From the NCBI GenBank assembly GCA_013239625.1, contig MU053876.1, positions 113,394-177,393 of the forward strand: 64,000 nt of DNA, written 5' to 3'. Each line of letters opens with the position of its first letter. The first letter of the stretch is position 1. The notes under the pieces were generated by a model. It was given only the letters and a program-made list of their open reading frames with translations, was not told where the DNA came from and did no database searches. Positions 38,387 through 52,509 of this stretch are shown here, one piece after another. The DNA comes from Lama guanicoe (Eukaryota). A program made the translations under genes and the position numbers.

Positions 38387-41300
38387 TAGGGGGTTTTTTT
38401 TTTTAAGTCCTTTTGAAAAATTGAGATTGCATTCAAATCAATGTAGGGAGAATTGACATCTTTCCGTATTAACTCTTCTAAACAAAGAAGGGGATTATAT
38501 CTTTCCATTTACTTGGGTTTTATTTTCTGCCTCTTACTAGCATTTTAAAGTTTATTCGTACAGATCTTGCACATGGTCCTTAAGCTTACCCCAGTGTATT
38601 ATATATGTTTTGCTGCTGTCATAAATGGTATCCATCCCTTCATATATGCAGACTGGTGATTGCTTTATAGTAATTTTATTGCCACATTTTCCTATTGTTT
38701 CTGTTTTCCTGTTGTTTATAACAGTTCTTCTATTGTTTATAATAGTTTTGTTTATAGTAGTTTTTCCACTTGAGTTCCATGGGTTTTCCAGGTAAACAAA
38801 CATCTACAAATAACGATAATTTTGTTTTTTCCTTTCCTGTATGTACACTTCTGCTTCTTTCTTTGGCTAATTATATGAGCCAATTCTTCCAGGACAATTA
38901 AATAATAGTAGCAATCCTACATACTTTTAAATACCCCAATTTCCGACCTGAACAACCAATTTCTTCTCTAATTAAAACTTCTGGTTGAAAGAGTTCATGT
39001 ATTTTTCAAGTTGTATTGTAGCGTCTCACATTTATTTAAATTGAATTCTTCTGCAGAAGCTACCAAAAAAAAATTTGTTTGTAATCACCTTTATAAAGTA
39101 AGCTCTCTGAGACATTCTCATAATCTTTCAAGTGGAATCTGCCCAGGAAAGCCTTCTGGATTGACAAGAAAGAAAGACTCAAACATAATAGATTCATTTC
39201 ATACACTAATTATTAGGGCAAAAGTTTGTGAAGGATGAATGAACATTACGCTTGAATGAATTACAGTAACACTGTGATTAAGTTCAATTTAAAAATACTG
39301 TAGTATTTAATGAGTTAAGTGTTCAGCTTGAAGGTTTACCTTTTGGGAAAAAGCTAGCAAAGGAAAGGATGCTGTTTTGAATCCCAAACTAAGGCAGAAC
39401 CTCAAACAAAAATTGTCTTTTAAAGGCAGAAAACATTTCCATCTACTTCTTCAGCCAGAAGTCAAATAATTAACTTCATTTTTAAACAATGAATTGTTCA
39501 AAGCGAAGTATTATTTAAAATAGGATTCAAACTCACGCAGAAAGTGACCACCATTCAAATGCACTTTTTCAGCTGGAATCTAGAAGTTTCTTAGCCTTGA
39601 CTGAAATCTACCACAGGTCCTATGGTTTTTCTGGTAATTCTCAAATAATAAAATGTCCTATAGTTACTTATTTGGTTCTTCCAAATTAAAAAACTGAAAT
39701 GTCTACCGGATGTAAGAGACAAAACGTCATTTCAGGTTTGGGGCACTCCCTGGGGCGTCCAGGCTTCAGGCTCCCGTTCTCCTTTTCCTCTGCATGTGTC
39801 TCCTCTCCCCATGGCTTCCAGGTCCCCTGGGATTGAAAGGGTTAGGTGTGGAGAACGCAAGAGAAATTGCAGAAAATGTGTTTATCTGATTGCTATCAAG
39901 GCAATCTGGGTCATTGTCTCCCAAGCTGGAAGTGGTTTTTATTGTAAAGTGCTTTGTGGGTTTTGAGAGAACTTTTTGTCCCCACAAAGAACAGCTCCTT
40001 TGACAGGGGCAAGGTCTTTCTTTTAGCTGGCTGCTTTCAATCCCCACTCCATTAACTATTTTTCTGCCGAGGCTGCATGGAAGCAGGAAGCCACCTTGGG
40101 TGGGAACCCTGCGAAAAATGACCCAACTCTCTCCCGTGTTGTCTACATTGCAGCTCCCCAAACTGGGTGATGCTGGCCGTTCCCAGTGCCTCCAGCTCTC
40201 TTCCCTCTGCTGCTAGACCTGCTACTGGAAGCTCTCAGTCTGTAGATTTCTCTGGGGGGAGCTGCAGAGCACACACCTCAAGCTCCCAAACAACCATTTG
40301 TACAGGAAAATGACCATCTATCCTTTGCCCAAGATGGTGTCGGGGGGAGGAGGCACAAGAAGATGCCACAGTACACTATCATTCCCTCCAAAGAAATTTC
40401 TGTTTGTTTAAACTCAAAAATTTTACATCCGTATGTAAGTTGGGCTAAGGGCTGCCAGGCCAGTTTGGGCACCTCCTTTGCAAGTCCTGCAGACATAGTC
40501 TTGTACCTCGGTTTGCAATGTGAAAAGTATTTCTGTCCTCAGCTTTTGCAGCCCTAACCTGAGTATATTGAATAATTTTAGAACTTTCAAATGATCTCCC
40601 ACCCCGAAACAAAACAAACCACAGACACAATTTTAAATATACTTGTTTAAGAAGGAAATTTTCAGGGTGGCTCTTTGACAGATTTTCAAGGAGCCAAAAG
40701 CTTGTAAAGTCAAGGATTAAAATCACTGACTTGAGATGAGATGCTAGGAAGGGCTGGGCATCTTCAAATTCCAGTAAACTCTTTGATCCCAACGGCAAAT
40801 ATTTATACTACTTCGGCAACTTGAGTTTTCTTAATCAGTTTTATTAAATAAATTTAGGGTGGAAGGGGAAATAAGTAATCGTCCTAGAAAGAGAAGAAAG
40901 CATATAGTCTAGAAATTTGTGTGAATTTATAAGTATAAATAAGATGATTCTAGATGTGTTCTCAATAGATGAATAAGCATGTAAATATTTGGAATAAGGA
41001 TGAGGTCTGAGACTAAACAGACGGTTAGACAGGGAAAGATATCACCCCATCTCTGAGAAAACTCCTAGCTGTGTCCAAAATTGAAGTTTGTAAACTGCTG
41101 TCCTGTGTGATCTTGTTTCAGTTGAGTGTTATTGGCTGAAAGTCCGAGAACCATTTTCACCTTTCCCCGAGTTTGAGGAGGAAGCTGGACGTCCAGTCTC
41201 AGCGACTCCTGACTCACTGAACGAGGGCTGTGCTCTCTTCAGGCACTAACGTGAAGGGACAAATTCAAAGAGAAGAACACCCATGTGGTGGCCCACCCAG

Positions 41301-44033
41301 CAAGGCCAGTAAAGAGAAATGTGCCATCTGGCAGTTCCTATGTTCTCTTGCTTTGTATGGTAAGACTGTTTCTCCACTTAAAATTCATTAAGACGGAATA
41401 ACCTGGAGCTGCAGCAGGGTGAGTCTTACTTCTCAAGCTTGAATGTGTCAGCATAGTCACATCTCCTTGTTTTTGCAAAATAAAGTTGAATGTGGCAGCC
41501 GTCACGCAACAAGGATAAGAAATTTGATCCTACTCATTTAGGGGCCAGCCCTGACTTTCCCTAGGCTCATGTAAATTGGAAGGGAATATTTGGTGCCTGA
41601 GGAGTGGGGCAGATCATGACTCCTCCACACACAGGGCTTCCGGAATAGCATCTTCCTTCAAGTCCCCTGAAGTCAGGCCATCTAACAGCTTCTCTGCCAC
41701 ACCTGGACCAAAGGATCTGTTCGGAGGATGGGGGCGTGGGTTCTATCTCATGAGGCACCACGTGTGATTAATCTCTGAGATGCTGCCACTCCCCAGGGCA
41801 CTGACGGACCTTTGTCCTCTTCAATGTCTGAGATGACCTCTTCTCTGCCTTACGCTCCCGTCTGCCCCTCCCGGGGCACGGGACTCTCTGTTCCCCATAT
41901 TTCCCACCCTCAAGGAACTCAGGTCAGGGACACAGATAAGATCTGCTTTGGATCCCCACAACAGAAAGTGCCCCTGAGACAGGAGAACAAGAGGGGCTGG
42001 ACGACTTTGTGGAATAAATGAAAGGGAAAAGTATAATGAAAACAAAAATTATCGCCAACCAACCGCTGGTATTTGCGTGGCTGTCGGGAAGGGTCTCCTA
42101 GCGAAAGGGCTCTGAGTATCAGAACCGAGGGCGGGTGGCCATCCCTCCTCCCCACCCTCCAGCACCCTGCTCCTTCACTCTACCTCCCTCCCTCCCTCCC
42201 TTAATTTTTCCTCACAGCCCTCATCACCAACACCCTGTATCTTTTAAAAAAATATATTTGTTAACTACGTGTCTCATCATCTCATTAAGTCTCATGATGG
42301 CATTTGAATTTTGTCTGTTTTGATCAGTTATGAGCCTAGAATTCGTGCAAACACTAGGAGCTCAGTAAATATTTGAGTATTATAAATAGATATTTCTTGT
42401 TCAGGGTGGCATGGGTAAAACCCAGACAGGAAACTGGGGATGAAAATAAAAGGCTGCTACATTTTAATCCTGAATTATGTGATTATCCCTGGAGAAAGGC
42501 AAAAGAAAATTTTATAAACATAATGAGTATCTTGCATTATAGTGTGGTAATATTATTTCTAAGATAATATTAAACTTCATTTTGTGTATAGAATGCAAAT
42601 CTGTAAAGTATTTCACGAGCCCTTGATTTATCCTATGATATTTGTAGCATTTTTTTCTTGAAAAGAAAAAGTGTGTCAAATTTCAAGTACTTTAAATGTT
42701 AGGTAAAAAAGTTGTATCTAATTTTAAAACTAAATTCAATCAAATGCTTCTTAATATGATCTATTTGAAGGGCTGGCCTCATGACCATCCTGTAGGTACA
42801 AATGATAACATTTACTATCCCAAATTATCGATTCAAATTTTGATTATATCAATAAAGGCAGTTGCAAATAAAAATGTCTACGATTTAGAAAATGTACCTT
42901 TCAGACACAATGTTGAACATATATTACAAACCTGGAAAACTGGAATCCTTGGACTGCTTAATTGGGCGTCATAAATTCATTGAAATGGCTACAAATAGGG
43001 ACCACTACTTTAAGTTATTTCAGTACTTTGTTATAATATGCCCTTGAACATGGGGAGATCAGTCACAGATTTCAGAACGTAAAGAAAAACAAAATAACTT
43101 TCCTTTGGAATGTTTCTAACCTAAAGGTTTGAGGATCAACATGAGCACCTATTATAAAGTGCTCTGCCTGGTGATTCATGTCAATTGCAGCTACTTGTAC
43201 CTTCAAACTGACCGTGCACCTTGCTGACTCTAACCGTGATGGCTCTCTATTTACTGTTGTGCCAAAGCGATCGTTTTCACATAAAGCAATTCAGGAGAAA
43301 GTTAATCACAAGGCAATCTTGTCTTCCTTAAACTGGATTTCTGCAACAGCACCCAGGAATCTCGACAGTGAGAACATTCTCGTTGCTTTGATGCAGAGAT
43401 GGTCACATCACACCCCTGTGCACCACACATGCCGGGCCGCCTAACATCTGTCTCCCCTCACATCTGCCATCTTTAACGTAGGTTCTGGATTATTTACACA
43501 ACTTATTCAAGTGAGTCAACACTTGAAGCAACATGCTTTCAACAACAGGAATCAGCTTCCTCTAACTCAGCAGGACTTTTACATCAAAGTAACTATGTCC
43601 TCCGCGTCCTATACCACTGACACATGTGAGCCAGTTAAGCTGACCAAAAAAAAAAAGTTCTAGCTCTGTTCAGTCTGATCCTTTACATCAGTTTGAAAGA
43701 TAATACCAAGAGTGCAGTGAGTACGAAGGGAGAAATTAGGCAGAAAAGAAAGAACAGGAAAGTGTGAGAGTCAAAACCTGGTTTACTTGGCTTGAAACAC
43801 TGGGGAGTTACCAGTACGGGGCCTGAGCACTACCTGAATCTTGGGGAGGAGGAGGGGAAGGAAGCCAAGCAGTTTTAGGTAAAACGGCCCCCATGGACAC
43901 ATCAGAAAAATCAGAGGCCACTAGAAAAGCTCTTTATTAACCTCGACTTTAACATACATTTTCTAAGCATTTGGAATATTTGAGTCCTTTCCCTCCGTAT
44001 CAAGATAAACATCGGCTGCGTGCTGTGGGGGGG

Positions 44034-44073
44034 GTGTGTGTGTGTCTGTGTGTCTGTGTGTCTGTGTGTGTGT
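44034..44073. repeat. (TG)n/(TGTGTGTC)n microsatellite
   Basis: gtgtgtgtgtgtctgtgtgtctgtgtgtctgtgtgtgtgt. Confidence 0.9.
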
Positions 44074-44414
44074 TTAAAGGCACCCTTGTCTGACATGTTA
44101 GGCTGGTCTATTATCTGAACTGATATCCCCCAGAAAATAATTTTTATACAACCAATACATCAGTCGTTTAGTGAAATGGACCTGAAACCAGCTTTTGAGA
44201 GAAAAAGAGAGAAAGAAAGAGGGCTCTGGCATCACAACAGGGAAAAATCAGTCACCACCAAGGATAGAAACTATTTAAAGGGACAGGGGAGTCTAACCTC
44301 ACAGTTTTGCTAAAGATTTGCCTGGCTTCTTTAGCACCACAAATTCATAAACACATTCATAAATTCTACAAAGTAAACAATAAAAATACTATACCTTTTC
44401 ACAAATATCTTCTC

Positions 44415-44600
44415 TAGTCAATGCCAGTGAACACAGAAAACAGGTATTTATGGGGAGAAAATCTGCTATACGGTGGTTCTGGAGATTCACTGAGGAACCA
44501 CAGGGATTCTCGGGACACTCCCCAGTATGGAGGTTCAGGAATACATATTTTTAAAGAGCTCTCTGGAGAATATGATGATGAGACAGTTTGAGGAACCAAA
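44415..44600. mobile_element. MER5-like hAT MITE
   Basis: ggattctcgggacactccccagtatggaggttcaggaatacatatttttaaagagctctctggagaatatgatg...agtttgaggaacca. Confidence 0.5.
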
Positions 44601-45309
44601 ATCGGAGTAAAACAAACAAACAAAAACCCAAAACAAACCATGGCATCAGAATGTCAACATTTGCATTAATAATAACCAATTACTTCTAAAGTTACAGGGG
44701 AATGAAATAAATGCTAGGTTTTAATGACAGCCGCAAAGAGGCCCTACATTTATGGCTAGGAATCAGTGCATTCAACATGAAGAAGGGAGCTTTCACATCT
44801 TTGTTCATTTCTGAAAAGCGCTGGTTAAAGGTTAAGTTAGTCAATCAAGCTGGCTGAGTTAACAATAGGAAACCAGTAACAAGGGCTTTGTGATTGTCCA
44901 GTTTACTGATGAGAGCTTATTATGAATTTGATATGCTTATGAAGATTAGAAGCAGATGGTCCAATGTAAATCTCAAGCAGGTCGACACATAATGTAAAAA
45001 CCTGGGGCCTGTAGTCAGAAGAGTGGGCTTGAGTCCCAGACCTGCTGCTTTGTGACCTCAGGGAAGTCATTTGACCTGAGCCTCAACTTTCTTAACAATG
45101 AACCAAGATCACAGGAGATAGTAAAAGGTACTTTGTAAAATGTAAAGCATTTTTGAAATGTTGGTTGTCAATGTCATAAATGATCAGAAAATAAACATTT
45201 ATCATTTAGTTTCTGCAGTCCCAAATAAATGAGATAGAAACTCTATTCACAATAGAAAGGAGCTGACTAACTATTTTATTTCAAAAGGTGTTCCACTATG
45301 AAAGAGTCC

Positions 45310-45460
45310 ACACAGGAAACTATATTCGATATCTTTAATAACTTTTAATGAAAAAGAATATGAAAATGAATATATGTATGTACATGTATGACTGGGACAT
45401 GATGCTGGACACCAGAAATCGACACATTGTAACTGACTATACTTCAGTTTAAAAAAAATC
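45310..45460 (+). mobile_element. Short young L1 3' tail
   Basis: cacaggaaactatattcgatatct...gactgggacatgatgctggacaccagaaatcgacacattgtaactgactatacttcag plus A tail. Confidence 0.8.
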
Positions 45461-45479
45461 CATTGCTATTTCATTTACT

Positions 45480-45720
45480 AATTTCTCCAATGCTTATATA
45501 GTATTAAGTGTCAGGTACAGTCTGAAGCACTTCACAAACAACTCTCTTTAACTTCTCAGCAAGCTTACCAAGTAGGTACCATTATTTTCCTCATTTTACA
45601 GATAAGGAAACTGAAGCACTGAATTTAGAAATTGCTCAAGCTCACATAGCTAGTGAGTGACAGAGCTGGAATTCATACACAGGCATTCTAGCTCCAGAAT
45701 TCATGGGCTCAATGACTACA
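45480..45720 (-). mobile_element. MIR SINE
   Basis: gtaggtaccattattttcctcattttacagataaggaaactgaagcac...cacatagctagtgagtgacagagctggaattc. Confidence 0.75.
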
Positions 45721-45966
45721 AAATGACATTCCACTAAAAGGCAATTCTGTTGCACAAATCTCAAAGATGGTGTTATGAAGAGCGTCTAGACCAGATGGGA
45801 AGAAATAAATTCTGTTAAAAATGACAGGAAACTGCAATCTGGCATTTTCTGTATCAGGTCATATTTATATTGCTTAGGAAAAGTTTTTCTAGGATGATTA
45901 ATCAGCACTTAAGAATTTAAATCGCCACTTAATGTATGGTTAAAACAGTAAAATTTTATGTTATAT

Positions 45967-46088
45967 ATATATTCATATATACAATATATATGTATATATT
46001 TTGGAGCTTAGAAAAAAGAGGCAGCTTTATAACTTTGCTGGACAAAGGGGATTCACAGCAGGCTAGTGCCCTCAAAACTGTGAACCCC
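45967..46088 (-). mobile_element. LTR-like U3/R fragment with TA-rich tail and 11-bp TSD
   Basis: TSD ttatgttatat at 45956-45966 and 46089-46099; interrupts an old L1 3' end. Confidence 0.55.
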
Positions 46089-47834
46089 TTATGTTATATT
46101 TATTTTATCATAGTTTTTTAAAAAGAATAAAACTCTTCAATTTATTTATTGTGTACAGTTTAAAGTATTTTACATACTCTGATTTCAAGCTGCAGAATTT
46201 TTATTTTGCAAAACTGAAGATACCACGAAGTCTGTAGCAAGAAAGCGTTTTACTGCTGTGAAAAACGATAGGGAAGTATTAGTAACATGTTGATGAAAGA
46301 AAGCACGGGAAGCCAGTGAGTCCACAGATAATTTGTAAGGCCGTGCTAATCTCAAGTGCTGTATCTCCCACAGATCCAGCCAGGCTGCCTGCTCCAGCTG
46401 GGGATGTTCAACAGAACTGGGAGAATGGGTTGAAAATCAGCCATGAAAATAAGCCTGTGCTCATTTGCCCTGAGCCTTAGAAAAGTCAGGATTGGCTTAA
46501 AGGAGTTTAAGCAAGAGTCTGAATGGATACCCAGACCTGAATCTAATAGTGAACATACGTGGTTGCTATTTTCGACTCCACATATGCTTGTTTTTTATGG
46601 AATATATGTTTACGGGAAAACAATGGCTGCATTTATTACAGACAGATGCTCAGATTCTGTTTAAAAATAGAATCATACAAGCAGGTGGGAGATCTCTGAG
46701 AATAAGACGGTTAAATATGTCACACAATCACAGTGCATATTCTGTGATCGAAACAAAATGGTAAGGAAGTGGTAACCCTGGAATTTATTTTCAAAGTCAA
46801 TTTAATCAGCATTGTTTAGGGGTTTGCCTGAGTCAGACTGTTCCTGGCCCTGGGTTACAAGATCCTTTTTTTAAAAATGAAGAAGTTAATGAAAAGAAAA
46901 GAAAAAAGTTAGTATATCAATTGTAGAATTTCAGTTACGACTGTGAGTTTTGGACTTCACCATTCCCTAATGGAAGAATGTATCCAAAAGATACTCCACA
47001 ACTGTTTACTAATTTAAGAACCTGACATACAGACTCATTATAAGACAGCCTTACTCATAAGGGATATGTGGCTCTGAAGGCAATTTAGTGAGGCCTGTAT
47101 TTTGGCTTAAAAACAGTAATCTGACTCTGGTTTCTTTAACAGAAAATAAGCTCTTCTAGAAAGCTGAGAAAGCTACATACTGGAATTTCTTTGGAAAGAT
47201 GACTGGTGGTGCACTGAGGAGTCAATATGAGAAATCCAGTTCACGCATAATACATTTTTCATGCATTTGATAATGGGCAAGGTAGCCACCTGGTCCTTCC
47301 TTTATAAACTGAGTACAGTTGGTCATATTATTTGGATTTAGACTTTTAACTTCAGTACAAGTTCAAGCTATCTAAATTCATAAGAGATGAAGTTGGGAGA
47401 TGACAAAGGTGAATTTAAGAATTTATTTGGAGCAGCGAAGTCAGCATATATAAGTGTGAATGAATTTAAAAAAAAACAGAATAGAGGTAGGGAAACAACT
47501 GGTTTCATTCAGCTGCAAAAAAACATGAAAGATAATATTTCCTAGTCTCCTTCCAATTCCATCAAAGAAATCTGAAGTATTCTTGGGGCATGGCTGATCC
47601 TGGGGACTATTCATTCACCAAGGAGTCACATTAAGAAGGCTCTGGCCTATCTCCTGCCTTCAAGGGGTCGTAGCGCTTCTGTTTACACTGAGCTAAAAAA
47701 GCAAAGCAGCAGTGGCCACTTTCAGTCACGGACTGAAGAGTCAAAGGATAAGGTGAGCACTCAGTTCTATTTCCCTCAATTTCCGAAAGCACTGTATTGG
47801 TTGATTAAAAAAAACAACAACACTACAATCATGT

Positions 47835-48270
47835 CTTTTTTTTGCCATTTGCAGCAAAATGGATGGAACTGGAGATTGTCATACAAAGAGAAGCCAGAAA
47901 GAGAAAGAAAAATACCATGGGATATCACTTCTAAGTGGAATCTAAAAAAAATGAGACAGATGGACTTATTCACAAAACAGAAATAGACTCACAGACATAG
48001 GAAACAAACTTATGGTTACCAGGGGCAGGGGGGAGGTGGAGGGATAAATTGGAAGTTAGAGATTTACAGATACAAACTACCATATATAAAATAGATAAAC
48101 AGCAAGGTCGTACTGTAGAACCCAGGGAACTATATTCAATACCTTGTAAATAGCCTATAATGAAAAAGAGTATGAAAAGGAATATACATATATAACTGAA
48201 TCACTATGCTGTACACCGGAAACTAATACAACATTATAAACCAATTGTATTTCAATACTATACTTCAATA
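47835..48270 (+). mobile_element. Young L1 3' fragment
   Basis: gccatttgcagcaaaatggatggaactggag...aaacagaaatagactcacagacatag...ctatgctgtacaccggaaactaatacaacattataaacc. Confidence 0.85.
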
Positions 48271-48479
48271 AAGTCATGTCATTTTTCACAGATAATCTTA
48301 GTCACAAGAAAAGATATTACTCTCCACCTTGTCATTCTTGTTTTTTGTTTGTTTGTTTGTTTGTTTTGGTACTCCCTCCTGTAGATATGGGTTTCTAGAG
48401 GGAGGAAATAAGTAATGTAACAGTATATTTCACGTGTACTTACAATGATAGTGTCAACTAATGCTTATTAAGAGCCCAC

Positions 48480-48685
48480 TACATATACTAACTACTATAT
48501 GTAAAATAGATAAACAGCAAGTTCCTTCTGTACAGCACAGGGAACTATCTTCAATATCTTGTAATAACCTAGAATGAAAAGAAATATATGTGTGTACATG
48601 TATGACTAAAACATGATGCTGGACACCAGAAATTGACACACTGTAACTGACACATTGTAACTGACTATACTTCAATTGAAAAAAA
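48480..48685 (+). mobile_element. Young L1 3' tail inserted in a MIR
   Basis: aaaatagataaacagcaag...ccagaaattgacacactgtaactgac. TSD aagagcc; MIR-like sequence continues to ~48915. Confidence 0.75.
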
Positions 48686-51600
48686 GAGCCTACAACATGA
48701 CAAGGTCTATGCCAAATACTTTCTGTGCATAACCTCAGTCAAGCCTGTAACAACTTTAGGAGGCATATACTGTTAATAACCTCCATTTTAAGATGTGGCA
48801 TGTGGGATTTGTAAGGGGTAAGTGGTCTGCCTCAGGACAGACATCTAGTCAGGAACACAGCCAACCTGCAAACCCAAAGAACCTGGCTCTGGAAGTCTGC
48901 CTTTTAACCACTATGACAACTTCATTTTTCTCCTAATATACATTACTACAAAAGTTTTCTTGACAGGTTATTCACAAATTGTTCACAGTTATAGAGACAT
49001 GTTCTAATTCTCTTAGACTTTTTCAGACCAAAAACTAAAGGATGCTTAGAAAACAAACAAACAAAAAGCTCTTAACCCAATAATGCCAAAATTACAGCAA
49101 ATTTTACAAAAAATATGGAATTGGTATAATAAAAATCTACTGAGAGTTTGGTAGCTGTATAGATTATCTGCCACAGGAACATGGTGCAGAAACACACACA
49201 CATATATACACACATACACTTTTCTTTTTCCAAATGTGATTTTCCACTGAGAATTGGCTCAATCGATTTGTATCCAGTTTCACTTCATTACCTTAAGAGC
49301 AAAACACTGCCTGATGCTCTAGTTATAAGCTAATTTGCTAAACCTTATTAAAAACTACATTCTTAGAATTTGGAGCCTCGTAAATCTTGGAAGCAAAACA
49401 CTTGCTCAAATAGATGTTAATCCAGACACACCTGTCAAACGACTACTGCAAATGTAATCTGATAATATCAGAGTCCTGTCACTAGTCCTCCAAAGGGGAG
49501 CACTGAGCAACAAATAAAGAGCAAGTGTACCAGAAACTGCCATCATTCAACGTGTATATTAGAATTAAAAGGTGAAAACGTTCCTCATTTCATAGGAGGC
49601 GCAAATGTAGAAAAACATTCAACAATAAATCAGACCACTGCCTATGCATATGTAAATTGGCACAGTATAGAAATAGAAAAGAATCGGACCCTATAGTGAG
49701 ACATCTTGGCTCCAATCATTGCCCCATCACTTGGCAGCTGACTGACCTTGGACTAGACATGTAGCCTGAATATCAGTTTCTTCCGTATGTCAAATAACGA
49801 TGTCTATCTTCATGGGGTTTCTGTAAGACTTCAAATATGATATTTATTATATTATTATATTATCTCCCCAGTCCTTGGCCTGGGGTAGGGACTCAATTAC
49901 GTGTTTGCTGTTTATGATTATGGGCTTGCTGAGTTACTGGAGTCAGGGCAGTGCACACTGACATCAGAGCTCTGTGCTGGAGGATATTTACCAGACCAAA
50001 TTTATATTCAGTGTATCATCAATGCTGGTAATTTCTACTCTATGTTTATCGTTGCACAGAAAAGAAATCAACTTACTTGATAAACTACTATAGGATAACA
50101 AGTTGTGTTATTTCTATTCACAGACTGCGGGAATGAGGGTAATGTGATTTCAGTCACTTGGCTGCCTTCTCAGGAGTGCTGAAACTTCAGGAGTGGTATT
50201 TCTGAAGATACAGGTTACAAAGAAGGGTGACATCCTCTGCACTATTATTAGTATGTCTGTTAGAATAATCCTAGGGGCTCAACATGAGGCCTGTGTCTTC
50301 TTCATGCTGCATATCTGTTACTCGTTGGCAGCACGGGCTTTTGCTAAGAGTGATCCAGGGTAGGGAACCAACATTCAAACATTATCAGTCATGGAGCCAC
50401 AGAGGAGAGGACTCTGGAGGATGGTGCTCTGGACCCAGGCACATGCTCAGATATTGATCATTCACTGAAACTCGTCGGCCTCACCCCACCACAAGAGCTC
50501 CACACATGCAGCTCTACTTTATAACAGGAAGGCAGAAACCTGGAAAAACTTGGTGAACAGCACTCACGACCACCCTAATTAGGAAGCAGAGTTCCAGAAG
50601 TTGCAGAGCTCAGGTTTAGCAATACGGTATTGCTCCCTTCTCATCTCACTGGAAAATACAGGCAACTTCGTATTACAATGGGTAAATACCCAAACAACAT
50701 CTGGTACCCCAAGAAATGGCTGCATATCTGCAGGTATATACTACATACAGTAGAGGGCAGTCTATTAAAATATATAACAACAACAACAAAAAAAATCCAT
50801 TCACATCATGGACCAAAAGAATCCAACAGGAGCATCATAGCATCATGAGTGAACTACTAACATTTTCTTGACAATATAAAGAACCAGAAAAGGGTAGGCC
50901 AAGCAATCATTGGTTGGAGTACCTAACCTATGTCTAATAAAAATTAAAATGACTCTATGTAACCTGTAAGATAGATGATCAACTTAAAGACACTAGGAGT
51001 ATTAAGTTTCAAATTATACATCAGCAATTTACCAGCAATAGATTATGTATACTGCTGAATGACAAGAATGACTTGAAAGCTGTTTTCGATGAGGCTGTTA
51101 CTACTGGGTGAGACACGTGAACCCAGTGCAGCAAGCATCATTCCCAGGCGAAAGGAAGTGAACGACTAACAAAGGAATCAGGAGAAAAGCAAAGTGAGAC
51201 AGGAAGCCGCCGCCACCGCTGCGTCCCTACACTAGAGGGGATAAAACCAGAAAACTCTGACACCTCAGGTTGAGAAAATGTGGTCAGTGGTTCTCTCTCT
51301 CTGGGATGCACATGAGATTCATTTGAGGGACTTAAAACTACTAAGGCCTGGCTGGCCCTCCTCCCAGAGCTGATTTAATGGATCCAGTGGAGTGGAGTCC
51401 AGTGAAGCCCAGGCATTGCTTTGTTTTGGTTGTCCTTTTGTTGTTGTTACTGTTTTGTAAAGCCTTTGAATGCAAAGCCAGGCTTCAGAAATGCTAAACC
51501 AAGTCATGCAGTCTATCAAACAAAAAGTAAACTTGCAAATAATGGGTTCTGCAGACCAGCACCTACTAAATACAAAAGAAAACAACATTTGTGCTCATTG

Positions 51601-52384
51601 GGGAAAGAACTGTATTCCATCCATCACTTCTTAAAATAAACAGTTACCCAGCATATATTCATGGCTATTTTCTCTGAGTAATTACCAGAGTGACATCTAT
51701 TTTGAATATATACTATAAGAGAATCAAGGTTTCTTTAAAAGGGGGAAGGGAATTTCAGCTCTTTATACTACTGATCTTCTAGTAAGTGAAAAAAATAAAA
51801 TGTATGAGTGAACTAATATAAATTACAAATACACAATCTAAATATTGCCTTCAACGTTTCTAAAGTACATCCTAGAGTATCTACGAGTGATTTTATTTAT
51901 TGGGGAAAAGCTTATCTATCACCTGTATGAATAGATAGTGACAGAGCTCTGTTTTCTTTTCAACAATAAAATAAGTTAAGTTGGGGGGTCCCCTAAATAT
52001 ATCACCTAGGGCGACTACTCAAAAGAAAAAAAAAAGAGAGACAAATACGAACATTTTCAGAATTTAAAACTTAAAAAATACCGTATTTTCTCATAACTGC
52101 ATATAATGTCTTTCTAGAAGAGCTTATTTCTCTCCCACTGTAAAACATACTGCAAAATAAAGATAAGCCATAGTCAGTGAAAACCCTGAAATAGTATTTA
52201 ATCACTTGTTAAACTAAGCTTGCTCACATTAGGAGAAAATGATGTTGAGATAATATATGAAGTCAGCTTAAGCACTGAGAGCCATGCATGCCTACCATTC
52301 TTTGTCTACTTTTAGAAAAGCAGCTCAGACAATGGGTGTCTCCCTCCTCTCTTCTACAAAAACCTTTAAGAAAGTCTACACTGC

Positions 52385-52509
52385 GGGGAGGATACAGGTC
52401 AAGCGGTAGACCACATGCTTAGCATACACAAGATGCTGTGTTCAATCTCCAGTACTTCCTCTAAAAATAAATTAGTAAGTAAACTCTCCCATCTCAAAAA
52501 AAAATTTTT
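52385..52509 (+). mobile_element. tRNA-derived SINE (Vic-1-like)
   Basis: ggggaggatacaggtcaagcggtagaccacatgcttagcatac. TSD aaagtctacact at 52371-52382 and 52510-52521. Confidence 0.85.
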
